A stretch of DNA of 64,000 nt, taken from Chloroflexota bacterium. GTDB taxonomy: Bacteria > Chloroflexota > Anaerolineae > Promineifilales > Promineifilaceae. A program made the position numbers and the translations under genes. Below the pieces are notes generated by a model. The model saw nothing but the letters and a program-made list of their open reading frames with translations. It had not been told where the DNA came from and ran no database searches. Below are positions 28,254 through 36,838 of the stretch, one piece after another; the first letter of the stretch is position 1, and each line of letters opens with the position of its first letter. Where the stretch lies: contig JAHDEN010000001.1 in the NCBI GenBank assembly GCA_020628815.1, forward strand, positions 36,288 through 100,287, written 5' to 3'.

Positions 28254-29148
28254 ATGAGCGAAGAACTAAGATTTGACGGCCGTGTAGCTATCGTCACCGG
28301 AGCAGGTGGCGGATTGGGCGCTGAGTATGCAAAAATTTTAGCCGCACGCGGTGCCAGCGTGGTTGTGAACGACCTTGGTGGCTCTGTCAACGGACAGGGT
28401 GGCGATAACTCTGCGGCCGATCGCGTCGTCAACGAGATCAAAGCGGCCGGTGGTGAAGCTGTTGCCAACTACGAAAGCGTTGAAGACGGTGAACGGATTG
28501 TTGAGCAAGCGATGGACACATTTGGCAAAATCGACATTCTCATCAACAACGCCGGGATTCTGCGCGACAAATCTTTTGCAAAAATGAGCGAAGAGGAATG
28601 GTCTTCTGTCTATCGGGTTCATCTGTATGGCTCTTTCAAAACCCGCGGCTTGGCCCCACATGCGTGCGGGCGGCTACGGCCGGATGGTGATGGCCGCTTC
28701 ATCTTCAGGCGCATATGGCAACTTTGGTCAAGCCAACTATGGCGCCATGAAAATGGGATTGATCGGTCTAATCCGTACCCTAGCCATTGAAGGAATGAAG
28801 TACGACATCAAATCAAACGCTATTTTGCCCTACGGTGGCACCCGCATGACTGAAGGACTCGTCCCTGAAAATGTGTACAAAGCGACAGCGCCTGAAAATG
28901 CGGCTCCAATGGTGGCGTATTTGTGTCACGAAAGCTTTAAAGATAGCGGCCAAGCGTATGAAGTGGGCGGTGGATTTATGTCTCAAATCAGATGGCAGCG
29001 CTCAAAAGGGCATCTTTTCCCGTTAGATGGTGGCATTACAATCGAAAATATCGCAGCCAATTGGGACAGCGTAACTGACTTTAGTCAACCCGCTTACCCC
29101 ACATCTGCGGCCGATGCCTATGCTGAAATCATCAAAAACGCTGGCTAG
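28254..29148 (+). pseudogene. Short-chain dehydrogenase/reductase (MFE-2-type hydroxyacyl-CoA dehydrogenase-like) interrupted by a +1 frameshift
   Basis: Frame A gives TGAGGGLG...NNAGILRD...VHLYGSFK. Frame B continues [15 protein letters not shown]...[18 protein letters not shown] (catalytic YxxxK). The switch falls at the AAAACCC run, 28638-28644. Confidence 0.7.
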
Positions 29149-29164
29149 TAATCAGTAAAAAGTG

Positions 29165-29223
29165 ATAAGTAGAAAGTATGAAGCCCCTGTGAAGCTACTG
29201 CCGGCTTCATACTTCTTACTTAT
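29165..29223. repeat. Imperfect 21-bp inverted repeat (hairpin) between the SDR and thioesterase genes
   Basis: ATAAGTAGAAAGTATGAAGCC ... 17 nt ... GGCTTCATACTTCTTACTTAT. Confidence 0.5.
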
Positions 29224-29235
29224 AACTTCACGCTC

Positions 29236-29664
29236 ATGAAAGACTTGCTCGCCCCATACAACTACACCCTTGAGCTGCCCGTTTTGTGGGGACATATGGA
29301 TAGCATGGGGCATGTGAACAACACCGTCTATTTTCGGTACATGGAAAGCGCCCGCTTAGAATACATTTTACGCTTTGAGCCAGAGCGCTTTGGGGCCGGT
29401 ATGATTTTAGGGTCTACAAGTTGTAAATTTGTTTTCCCCCTCACCTACCCTGACACCATTACGGTTGGAGCCAAAATTGTAAAGCTCGAAAAGTACAAGG
29501 CCCATATGGAGCAAATTATTGTCAGCCATACTCATCAACGGGTAGCGTCCGTCGGCACGGCCGTTTTGGTTGGATATGATTACGAAACACTGGCAAAGGC
29601 ACCCCTTCCAGAATCTGTGCGACAAATCATGATTGAATTAGATGACCCTGAAATAATCGATTAA
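29236..29664 (+). CDS. 4HBT/YbgC-type acyl-CoA thioesterase (hotdog fold)
   Basis: 'VLWGHMDSMGHVNNTVYFRYME' is the typical thioesterase N-terminal motif. Length 142 aa. Confidence 0.8.
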   Translation: MKDLLAPYNYTLELPVLWGHMDSMGHVNNTVYFRYMESARLEYILRFEPERFGAGMILGSTSCKFVFPLTYPDTITVGAKIVKLEKYKAHMEQIIVSHTHQRVASVGTAVLVGYDYETLAKAPLPESVRQIMIELDDPEIID

Positions 29665-29769
29665 ACAAGACGAGCCGTAATCTTTTTAAACATTTTCTTC
29701 CAGCCAAAAATCAAAACAGAAAAAACAGATTCTATCGAAAAAGAATAAGGCATAAGTTTAGCTTGCCTC

Positions 29770-30663
29770 CTAATTTTGGCTCACTGCATCCGCCACAAAA
29801 TCAAATTCCAGCTCTATTTCCTCAACTACCCCGTGATAATCAAAGCCGTTATCAGCATTGTTTAAAATATTGTAATCGCTACGATTTACAGTTGTTTTGG
29901 CTTTGCCTCGCAACTCCTCTAAGGAGTCAACCAAAAGCTCTACACCAAATGTTGCCTGCTGGGTTGTTCCCCGAATGGTTAAATTCCCCGTTACGCTGAA
30001 GGTATAAAGCTGCCCTACTTCAACTTCTTCCGGCAAACCAGATAAAGCACTGGGGGCAAATTCTCCAAACTCATAGATGTCTTGAGCTGTTAGCAATACA
30101 CAGCAACGAATCGATAGATCTCTTTGGGGATCATCGGTTACAAGTGAACGTAGATTTACTCGGATCACGCCAAGTTGCGAATTAGCAGGCGTATTAAAAT
30201 CAACAATAATGTCACCCGCTATCTGGTTTGTCCGGCCGACTGCTGTTCCCTCTGGAAAAGTCTCATAAACTGAAAATCTAGCCTCAGATTGATCTGAATC
30301 GATACGAAAAAGTTGAGGGGCCAATGTGGGTTCCGCTGTGGGCGTAGGTTCGATTGTTGGTTCTAATGAGGGTTCGAGTGGTGGCTCATTCTTGATTTCC
30401 TCTGTTACAGCACCTTCTTCTTGCACAACAGGAGCCAAGAGCTCTTGGGTAGGTAGTGGCACTTCAGCGATAACGGTCTGAGTTGATGCAGAAACCGGAG
30501 CAGCTAATGTGGGAGCACTAATTGGCTGGCTCGGCTCGGCCGTACCTCCAGTGATTGTGATGAAGGCAAAAAGCGAGACCAAACCACCAAAGATCGCTCC
30601 TGCGCCAAACAAAGCCATATTATACAAAAGGTTTTTTCGAAAAGTATTTTTTGATTGATTCAT
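29770..30663 (-). CDS. Membrane-anchored YceI-like domain protein
   Basis: N-terminal TM helix and a Pro/Thr/Glu-rich linker. 'FRIDSDQSEARFSVYE...GRTNQIAGDIIVD' resembles the YceI family. Confidence 0.65.
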   Translation of the reverse strand: MNQSKNTFRKNLLYNMALFGAGAIFGGLVSLFAFITITGGTAEPSQPISAPTLAAPVSASTQTVIAEVPLPTQELLAPVVQEEGAVTEEIKNEPPLEPSLEPTIEPTPTAEPTLAPQLFRIDSDQSEARFSVYETFPEGTAVGRTNQIAGDIIVDFNTPANSQLGVIRVNLRSLVTDDPQRDLSIRCCVLLTAQDIYEFGEFAPSALSGLPEEVEVGQLYTFSVTGNLTIRGTTQQATFGVELLVDSLEELRGKAKTTVNRSDYNILNNADNGFDYHGVVEEIELEFDFVADAVSQN

Positions 30664-30916
30664 AATTGTATTTGTAGTTAGGATCTACAGGCCGAGTAAA
30701 TTTCTTAATTTTCAGAACCCAGTTGAAAAATGATGCGTTCAAATGTTTCAAATTTCGATTTCTCGAATTAAAGTTTTTCTTGAGGACCTATCTTATCGAA
30801 TCAAGATTAATCATTAAACCGCAATATAGCGTAGGGCTCCTCAGTCATTTGGCGGATGCGTTACTTAACCGGAGTAGGTAGGCTTTTGAAACAAACTCTT
30901 TATTCAAAACGAAACT

Positions 30917-31366
30917 ATGATGACACAAAACATAAAATCTAATCCGCTTGCCTCAATCATCGAGGAATATGGATATTATCTAACGCTCATTGTGGCCTTG
31001 GTTGCTACGCTGGGGAGCCTTTATTTCAGCGAGGTGCGTCAATTTGAACCCTGCCGACTGTGTTGGTTTCAGCGAATCATGATGTATCCAATTGGAATTC
31101 TTGCCGTGGTTGGCATTATCAAACAGGATGAGTATTTGCCCAATTACATTCTCCCTCTTTCGGTCATAGGCATTGGCATCTCCATCTATCATATTTTGAT
31201 TCAGAACGGAATAATCGTGCAATCTTCAGGTTGTACAACCGTGCTTTGCTCAATTAAATACATCAATTGGCTTGGCTTTATTTCAATCCCGGTTTTAGCA
31301 GGGGCCGCATTTCTACTCATCAACATTTTGATGTTGACTAGCCTGAAATTTGCTAATTCAGAATAA
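30917..31366 (+). CDS. bdbC: Disulfide bond formation protein, DsbB/BdbC family
   Basis: Four TM segments. First-loop motif 'EPCRLCWFQRIMMYP' and a second Cys pair (SSGCTTVLC). Confidence 0.8.
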   Translation: MMTQNIKSNPLASIIEEYGYYLTLIVALVATLGSLYFSEVRQFEPCRLCWFQRIMMYPIGILAVVGIIKQDEYLPNYILPLSVIGIGISIYHILIQNGIIVQSSGCTTVLCSIKYINWLGFISIPVLAGAAFLLINILMLTSLKFANSE

Positions 31367-31414
31367 TGAAGAGCAATCTCATTTCATGATTTATTTTTGA
31401 ATATTGACAATAGC

Positions 31415-32038
31415 TTAATGTTCTTGAGCATGCGAACCATGATCTGAAAGCTGAGCGTCAAACCATTGGTGGGTTGCGATTTTAAGCCTCTCATTAGCCG
31501 TAGAGTAACTTATTTTTCCACCTTCTAGCAGTGGCTGATACACAACTTCAAGATGCTCAAATCCCGCCTCTAACTCAGCCAGCCCCGGCATATCGTGCCC
31601 GTGGATGAGAGCGGGATCGCCAAAATCACCTGTTTGGAAACGCTCGGCTTCCTCTGCCAAATGAGCCTGAATCAGTTCGATTTGACTCAAATCGCCGTCA
31701 TCAGAAAGAACCTGCTGAACGCCACCAAACTCTGTTTTTTCGAAAATATGCGTGGTCCGCTCAAGATCAAACGGCATCACTTTTAAGCTACGTTCCGCAA
31801 TCTCTGCTTGCCTATCAGATATCATTTCAGCATGTAGTTCATCCGAATGGACCATGCCTTCTGTATGCACCATTCCTTGTGTGTGAATCATAGGTTCGTT
31901 TGCTTGACTGCTGCCCACACCTAGGAAATCAAAGCTGAACAAGATAGCAACGACGGCAATCGTCGTGAGGAAAACTGTTGCAAGGATTATGATCGCCTGG
32001 CGATTATTTCCACTTTTATTTGTGATGGGTTGATTCAT
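31415..32038 (-). CDS. Membrane-anchored His-rich protein of unknown function
   Basis: N-terminal TM helix. His-rich repeat IHTQGMVHTEGMVHSDELH and a C-terminal HGSHAQEH. Overlaps the MarR gene end by 23 nt. Confidence 0.6.
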   Translation of the reverse strand: MNQPITNKSGNNRQAIIILATVFLTTIAVVAILFSFDFLGVGSSQANEPMIHTQGMVHTEGMVHSDELHAEMISDRQAEIAERSLKVMPFDLERTTHIFEKTEFGGVQQVLSDDGDLSQIELIQAHLAEEAERFQTGDFGDPALIHGHDMPGLAELEAGFEHLEVVYQPLLEGGKISYSTANERLKIATHQWFDAQLSDHGSHAQEH

Positions 32039-32453
32039 TGATCGCCTCCACGAGTAGGTTTATTGAGTTAAAAATTACTGTTTGAGAATCAGGTGGAATA
32101 TGAGTCAGGATTTGTTCATATTTTTTTTGCCTCGCTTCAGCAACATCGGCTGCAAGAATTTCCCCTTTTTCAGTTAAACACCAAACCCACGCCCTTCCAT
32201 CATTCAAATCTCTTTCTCGGTTTACCCACTCACGCTTTAACATTTGCTTGAGCAAGCGACTTACCGTGCTTTTCGCTAAATTTAAGCGTTCAACCAAAAC
32301 TTGCTGGGGCAGCTGCTTGTCGGCTGAAAGCTCCATGAGAACATAAGCTTCTCCGATACTAAGCGGCTTGCCACATGGAGTCTCGCCGTTTTTGTGTAAT
32401 CCAAAGGCTCTGACAAATGAAATAATTTGCTCTTCAAGGTGTTTACTATTCAT
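32016..32453 (-). CDS. MarR-family transcriptional regulator
   Basis: Winged-helix region 'LNLAKSTVSRLLKQMLKREWVNRERDLNDGR'. Start placed at the ATG at 32453; the ORF track extends to 32489. Confidence 0.8.
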   Translation of the reverse strand: MNSKHLEEQIISFVRAFGLHKNGETPCGKPLSIGEAYVLMELSADKQLPQQVLVERLNLAKSTVSRLLKQMLKREWVNRERDLNDGRAWVWCLTEKGEILAADVAEARQKKYEQILTHIPPDSQTVIFNSINLLVEAINESTHHK

Positions 32454-32549
32454 AATTAGTTCGATCTTACAACTAGTTAGTTCGAACAAGCAACTATTTT
32501 CCGCAAATTGATACTACTCTTTATAATTTTCTCAAGAATAGGTTCAGTT

Positions 32550-33935
32550 TTATTTTTCGAGCTGTACACTTATTAGTGTCATACCAGACTCACTTTCAAA
32601 GTAGATTTCACTTCCTATGCTGTGAGCTCTCTCTTGCATCCCGCGTAAACCAAAATGCTTTGAGACATTACTTAAAACATTTTGTTGAATACCGGTACCA
32701 TTATCAACAATTGAGAGTTGAATTAATTTTGGCTTGAACTCTAATTTTGCTGACAAATTGCTCCCGTTTGAATGCTTTAGGCTGTTGTTTAACCCCTCTT
32801 GCGCAATACGATAAAGGGCCAACTCTTCGTCCATAGATAGTCTTTGAATATTGCCTGCTGATTGAAACTGAATTGATATCCCCTCTCGGCCGATACCAAG
32901 AGACTTAACCAGCATATCGAGTGCGGGCACCAAACCAAGCTCGTCTAAATAGGACGGCCGTAAATCTTGAATCATTGCTCTTAAGTTAGACGAAGTCAGT
33001 GCGATTTGTTCTCGCAAAGGCTCACTTTCGCTTGGTTGAATATCAAGCAACTGAACCAGTTGATCGATATGTATCAGCGACTGGATTGTGTCATCATGTA
33101 GCTCTTGAGCCAACCGTTTTCGCTCTTCTTCTTGACCAGACTGAATCATAGTCGCATACCGGTGTAGTGAATTCTGGTTTTCACCAAGTTTTTGAACCAT
33201 GCTCTCAAGCTCGGCATACAATTCATTAATCTCTTGGATACCAGAGACAAGGGGGACTTTCTGATCATAATTGCCATTTCCGACTTCTTGAGCGTAAGAG
33301 TTTAAGATCGCGAGCGGCTTAAGTACCCACCGATTAGTGCTCCACATGATCAAGAAAAAGATAAAAACAAGTGGGATCAAAAGTAGTGGAATAAGCAGTG
33401 TTAAATTTAAGCGAGCAAATCGGCCGCCGTCCCAGAATTCCTCAATCACAAAAGCCCATCCCAAGCTCTCAACAGGTCCATATGAGATTAGATGAATCGA
33501 ATCTGGAAACGGCTCACTTATCGCACCACTCTCCCCATTCAACGCTTCATCAACACCTGGATGTGTAACCAGATGGCGAGAAGGATGCACGTCGCCTGAG
33601 TAGTAAATAACGTTCTTTTGTTGATCAACAATTAAAATCGCCTGATCTGTTTGATCATTTTTTAAGATAGCTAACTCATGCGCCAACATCTCGGCTTGAA
33701 ATGCACCATCCCCTGCAGACAACTGATCAGCTTTGCTCTCTAAAAGGGCAATAGCAAATTGCGCCTCCTGAGCATTCCGACTCTCAACCAACAGCTCCAT
33801 TTCTGCCCGGTGTAATAACATGCTCCAAAGGGCAAAACCGGTTAAGAGAAGCATGATGGGCAAAAAAATCAAAGGGATTGACTGCAGAGACAAAATCCGC
33901 TTGGGAGCATGGAATAAATTATTGGCGCGTTTCAA
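32550..33935 (-). CDS. NarL-class sensor histidine kinase (two TM helices, extracytoplasmic sensor, HAMP, HisKA_3, HATPase)
   Basis: H-box 'RLAQELHDDTIQSL', N-box 'QEGLNNSLKHS' and 'DNGTGI'. Two hydrophobic segments flank a ~150 aa domain. Confidence 0.85.
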   Translation of the reverse strand: MKRANNLFHAPKRILSLQSIPLIFLPIMLLLTGFALWSMLLHRAEMELLVESRNAQEAQFAIALLESKADQLSAGDGAFQAEMLAHELAILKNDQTDQAILIVDQQKNVIYYSGDVHPSRHLVTHPGVDEALNGESGAISEPFPDSIHLISYGPVESLGWAFVIEEFWDGGRFARLNLTLLIPLLLIPLVFIFFLIMWSTNRWVLKPLAILNSYAQEVGNGNYDQKVPLVSGIQEINELYAELESMVQKLGENQNSLHRYATMIQSGQEEERKRLAQELHDDTIQSLIHIDQLVQLLDIQPSESEPLREQIALTSSNLRAMIQDLRPSYLDELGLVPALDMLVKSLGIGREGISIQFQSAGNIQRLSMDEELALYRIAQEGLNNSLKHSNGSNLSAKLEFKPKLIQLSIVDNGTGIQQNVLSNVSKHFGLRGMQERAHSIGSEIYFESESGMTLISVQLEK

Positions 33936-33961
33936 TCTTCTTGGTCCTATTAGGCCGATGG

Positions 33962-34624
33962 TTAAATTTTAATAACTCCCATATTGGTTGCCTTACTAAG
34001 GGCCTCGGTCCGATTTGATACATCTAACTTCCGATAAATATTTGCCAAATGGCTCTGCACCGTGCGACTGCTAATCCCTTTTTCAACCCCTATTTGCTTA
34101 TTCGTCTTCCCGTTTTTCAACATCTGCAACATCTCCACCTCCCGATCTGTGAGTGGATTTTTTGTTTCTTGAGCAAGTTGACCAATCAACTTTTGGGCAA
34201 TGGCTGGGGACAAGGCTGATCGGCCGCCATGAATCGATTTTATAGCAGAGATTAACTCTATTGGGGTTGCAGATTTCAGCATGTAACCATCGGCACCAGT
34301 GGATAAAACTGCGGAAATATACGGATCATCATCATAAGCAGATAGGATCAAGACCCGAATGTTTGGGTATGTATGCCGGATAAATTTAGTTGTTTCTATC
34401 CCGTTCATTTCCGGCATTTTTATATCTAAAATAGCAACATCAACTTTTGAGTTGCAGGTAGAAAGATAATCGATGACCTCTTGACCATTCGAAGCTTCAT
34501 AGATGACCTGAACTTCATCCGTCTTTTCAACAAACTGACGAATGCCCGCTCTGACCATCGCATGATCGTCGGCTAACACCGCTCGTATTTTCATTGATTT
34601 ATTTATCATGTCTGATTCAATCAT
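33962..34624 (-). CDS. NarL/LuxR-family response regulator
   Basis: REC motifs (LADDH, VAILDIKMPEMNG, YMLK) and a C-terminal LuxR helix-turn-helix (LTDREVEMLQMLKNGKTNKQIG). Its ATG overlaps the upstream gene's TGA (ATGA). Confidence 0.9.
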   Translation of the reverse strand: MIESDMINKSMKIRAVLADDHAMVRAGIRQFVEKTDEVQVIYEASNGQEVIDYLSTCNSKVDVAILDIKMPEMNGIETTKFIRHTYPNIRVLILSAYDDDPYISAVLSTGADGYMLKSATPIELISAIKSIHGGRSALSPAIAQKLIGQLAQETKNPLTDREVEMLQMLKNGKTNKQIGVEKGISSRTVQSHLANIYRKLDVSNRTEALSKATNMGVIKI

Positions 34625-35013
34625 TCGATCAATTCGTCCAGAGTTGGTTTCAAAAGATCGGCCGGTTGCGAGCCAAAAAATCGATTAGTTATCTCCCCAT
34701 CTTCCGAAATAAGAGCAACGGACGGGTGGCCCCGGAGTGCTAGGTCATTTTGAATTTTCTGATTTGCGGGCTCATTTGCATCAAACCGATAAAATTTAAT
34801 TGATGGATACTCTTCTTCAAGCCCATTCACGATGGGAGCAAACTCTTCTCACGGCGCTCACGGGTCGGTAAAGAATAAGACAAAGGCGGGGCCATCGAAA
34901 GTGACTTCTTGTGCAGACTCAACTTCGGCCGAATCTGGCTCAGATCGAGAACAACTTGCTAACCCGATCGCTAATAAACTAAAAAAAAATGCAATAAATT
35001 TCCACTTTGTCAT
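34621..35013 (-). CDS. Thioredoxin-fold lipoprotein with two in-frame TGA codons at the CxxC positions (putative UxxU selenoprotein, 130 aa)
   Basis: Minus-strand translation from the ATG at 35013: MTKWKFIAFFFSLLAIGLASC (lipobox) ...GPAFVLFFTDP-[TGA 34860-34858]-A-P-[TGA 34851-34849]-EEFAPIVNGLEEEY...LRGHPSVALISEDGE (cis-Pro loop). This aligns with FWAxWCGPCxxxAPxl of thioredoxins. There are no other stops and the frame is preserved. The ORF track shows only the distal 69 aa. Confidence 0.6.
34816..34842 (-). promoter_or_regulatory. Candidate bacterial SECIS-like hairpin downstream of the two TGA codons
   Basis: mRNA UUUG-CU-CCCAU [CGUGA] AUGGG-CU-UGAA: a 5-bp upper stem, a 2x2 internal loop, a 4-bp lower stem (two G-U pairs) and a GU-containing apical loop that starts 17 nt and 26 nt after the two UGAs. 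Confidence 0.3.
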
Positions 35014-35026
35014 ATTGATTTACTTG

Positions 35027-35530
35027 TTATCTTTGAGCTTGAAGTTCCTGAATGCTAGGAGACCATGTGCTTTTAATATAACCCAATACCGCATCAATTT
35101 CCTCGTCGCTTAACATGTCTTCATAGGCAGGCATGTTACTTTCAGCCTGCATATTTGGGTCAAGTTCTCGGGTCCCATATCGGATACGGTCGAGCAAATA
35201 CTGGTCATTGTGATGCCACGTATGTCCATCTTCGTCATGCGGTGGTGCTCTGAATGTCCCATCTGCGTTGCGCTGTTGCCAATCTTCTTGACCTTCAAGA
35301 TTCTCTCCGTGACACGACGCACAATTTTCTGCATAAACAATTTTACCAAGTTCTAAACCATCGGCGCTTAAAAGGGTTGAGCCAACCATGATTGATTCAG
35401 CCGCCCGATTTTCATCACGCCTAATCGCCAATATTCCCATACCAAACATGATAACTGTGGCAAAAATGATAATGGGGAGAATTGGGGCACCACTTTTATT
35501 TGAAGACCGATTTTTTTTGTTCTTTGCCAT
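35027..35530 (-). CDS. Membrane-anchored class I c-type cytochrome
   Basis: N-terminal TM helix, heme-binding CASCHG motif and a distal Met ligand region (SNMPAY). Ends 13 nt upstream of the Trx-like gene start. Confidence 0.8.
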   Translation of the reverse strand: MAKNKKNRSSNKSGAPILPIIIFATVIMFGMGILAIRRDENRAAESIMVGSTLLSADGLELGKIVYAENCASCHGENLEGQEDWQQRNADGTFRAPPHDEDGHTWHHNDQYLLDRIRYGTRELDPNMQAESNMPAYEDMLSDEEIDAVLGYIKSTWSPSIQELQAQR

Positions 35531-35657
35531 CGATATGTTTGAAATTTACCTTTACGATTCTAGGCAGATGTATTTTAGATGTGCCATTGGCCCGCATCCG
35601 GCATTGCAGAAATTGCATAATTCCTAAACGCTAGTCGTAAAGCTCTTCTATCATTAT

Positions 35658-36212
35658 TTAAGCTTCGGCCGTGGATTGAAAAGCTGACACAGCTAGAATA
35701 ACCAGCAACGGAACCTCAATAACCTTAGTTAAAATCGCCACAAAATCATAGTGATCATGGGTTAGAAAATATCCCAAAATTGTCACCAGTGTGTACATCG
35801 CCAGCACAATCGACACTATCCGCTTTTGAATTGGAATAAATTGCTTTGGTATAGCCCATAAGATACCTAAGCCTAAAAAGCCGATTCCATTGAGAAGCAG
35901 TAGAGTGTCTCCCCAAACTGAGCCAACCATTAGATGAATCACACCTGTTGCTCCAGCTAAGGCTAAGCCGATGAGTGTCATCATGCCGGGCCGGGGAGAG
36001 AATAAGAATGCCCCTCCGGCCGCTAACAAGACAGCTCCAAGAATTCCGCCGATGATGAAACTGATATTGCTTGTACCAGACGCATGATCGTCTAAAACTT
36101 CGGCCGAAGTTTCTTCTTCTGGATCATCGCCATGCGATAAAACTGGAACAGCAAAAAGCAGACTTGAGAGCACAATAAGTAGAACACCAATTTTTTTAGA
36201 TTTTTTAATCAC
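35658..36212 (-). CDS. Integral membrane protein of unknown function (signal peptide plus 4-5 TM helices)
   Basis: Signal-like N-terminus ending VLSHGDDPEEE, followed by several hydrophobic helices. Same strand as, and upstream of, the cytochrome c gene. Confidence 0.65.
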   Translation of the reverse strand: MIKKSKKIGVLLIVLSSLLFAVPVLSHGDDPEEETSAEVLDDHASGTSNISFIIGGILGAVLLAAGGAFLFSPRPGMMTLIGLALAGATGVIHLMVGSVWGDTLLLLNGIGFLGLGILWAIPKQFIPIQKRIVSIVLAMYTLVTILGYFLTHDHYDFVAILTKVIEVPLLVILAVSAFQSTAEA

Positions 36213-36397
36213 TGAGGAAGCACCTTTGAACTAAATTATTACTGTAGAGTAGGCCTTTTATCTGCAGTGTACATCGGGTATTTAGCGGATAGCGACTAGG
36301 CCAAATGGCGGAAATATCTTGAATCGAAGTATAATACGACCGTGGGAGAGGCCAAACATGATAAGATCTAATTTTTCTCTAGAAAAAGGAATCACAT

Positions 36398-36718
36398 ATG
36401 AATGGACAGTTCGTAAATATAATAATCTTTGGGCTAATGATAAACCTCTTCATGTGGGCATACGGAGTATGGAAAAAGCTTAATTGGTCTGAATTTTTTC
36501 GGGACAATTATCTTCTTCCCCTATTCCTTACCGCTTGCGGCACATTGACCGGGTACCAGTATGGCTTAACGCTTGGTTCCTCTCTACTAATCGGTTTTAC
36601 TTTGGCAATATTGATTTGTCTCTTTTATGGGGTGCGATTTCATTCTGAATACACGCTTTATAAAACAAAGCCTTCACTCAACCTGCAATCACTCTTTAGC
36701 CGCACATCCAGCTCTTAA
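36398..36718 (+). CDS. Small membrane protein (106 aa, 3 TM helices)
   Basis: Hydrophobic ORF followed by a strong terminator. Confidence 0.5.
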   Translation: MNGQFVNIIIFGLMINLFMWAYGVWKKLNWSEFFRDNYLLPLFLTACGTLTGYQYGLTLGSSLLIGFTLAILICLFYGVRFHSEYTLYKTKPSLNLQSLFSRTSSS

Positions 36719-36750
36719 ACAATCCAGAATTAAGATTACGGATTGAAACA

Positions 36751-36790
36751 AAAAAGCCGCCTCGCAAATTATTGCGAGGCGGCTTTTTTG
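36751..36790. terminator. Bidirectional rho-independent terminator
   Basis: AAAAAA-GCCGCCTCGCAA-ATTA-TTGCGAGGCGGC-TTTTTT, between convergent genes. Confidence 0.85.
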
Positions 36791-36838
36791 TTTCATGGAG
36801 CAGGATTAATTGTCTTCGGCCGATGCAGTTACACAGGT

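Noticed and set aside
28627-28650. Programmed ribosomal frameshift in the SDR gene
   Set aside because: There is no slippery heptamer with a downstream structure, and SDRs have no precedent for recoding. A single-base indel in a homopolymer run is the simpler explanation.
34832-35113. 93-aa plus-strand ORF overlapping the thioredoxin-like and cytochrome c genes
   Set aside because: It is antisense to two genes with clear family motifs and has no recognisable features. It exists only because the real minus-strand frame is interrupted by the two TGA codons.
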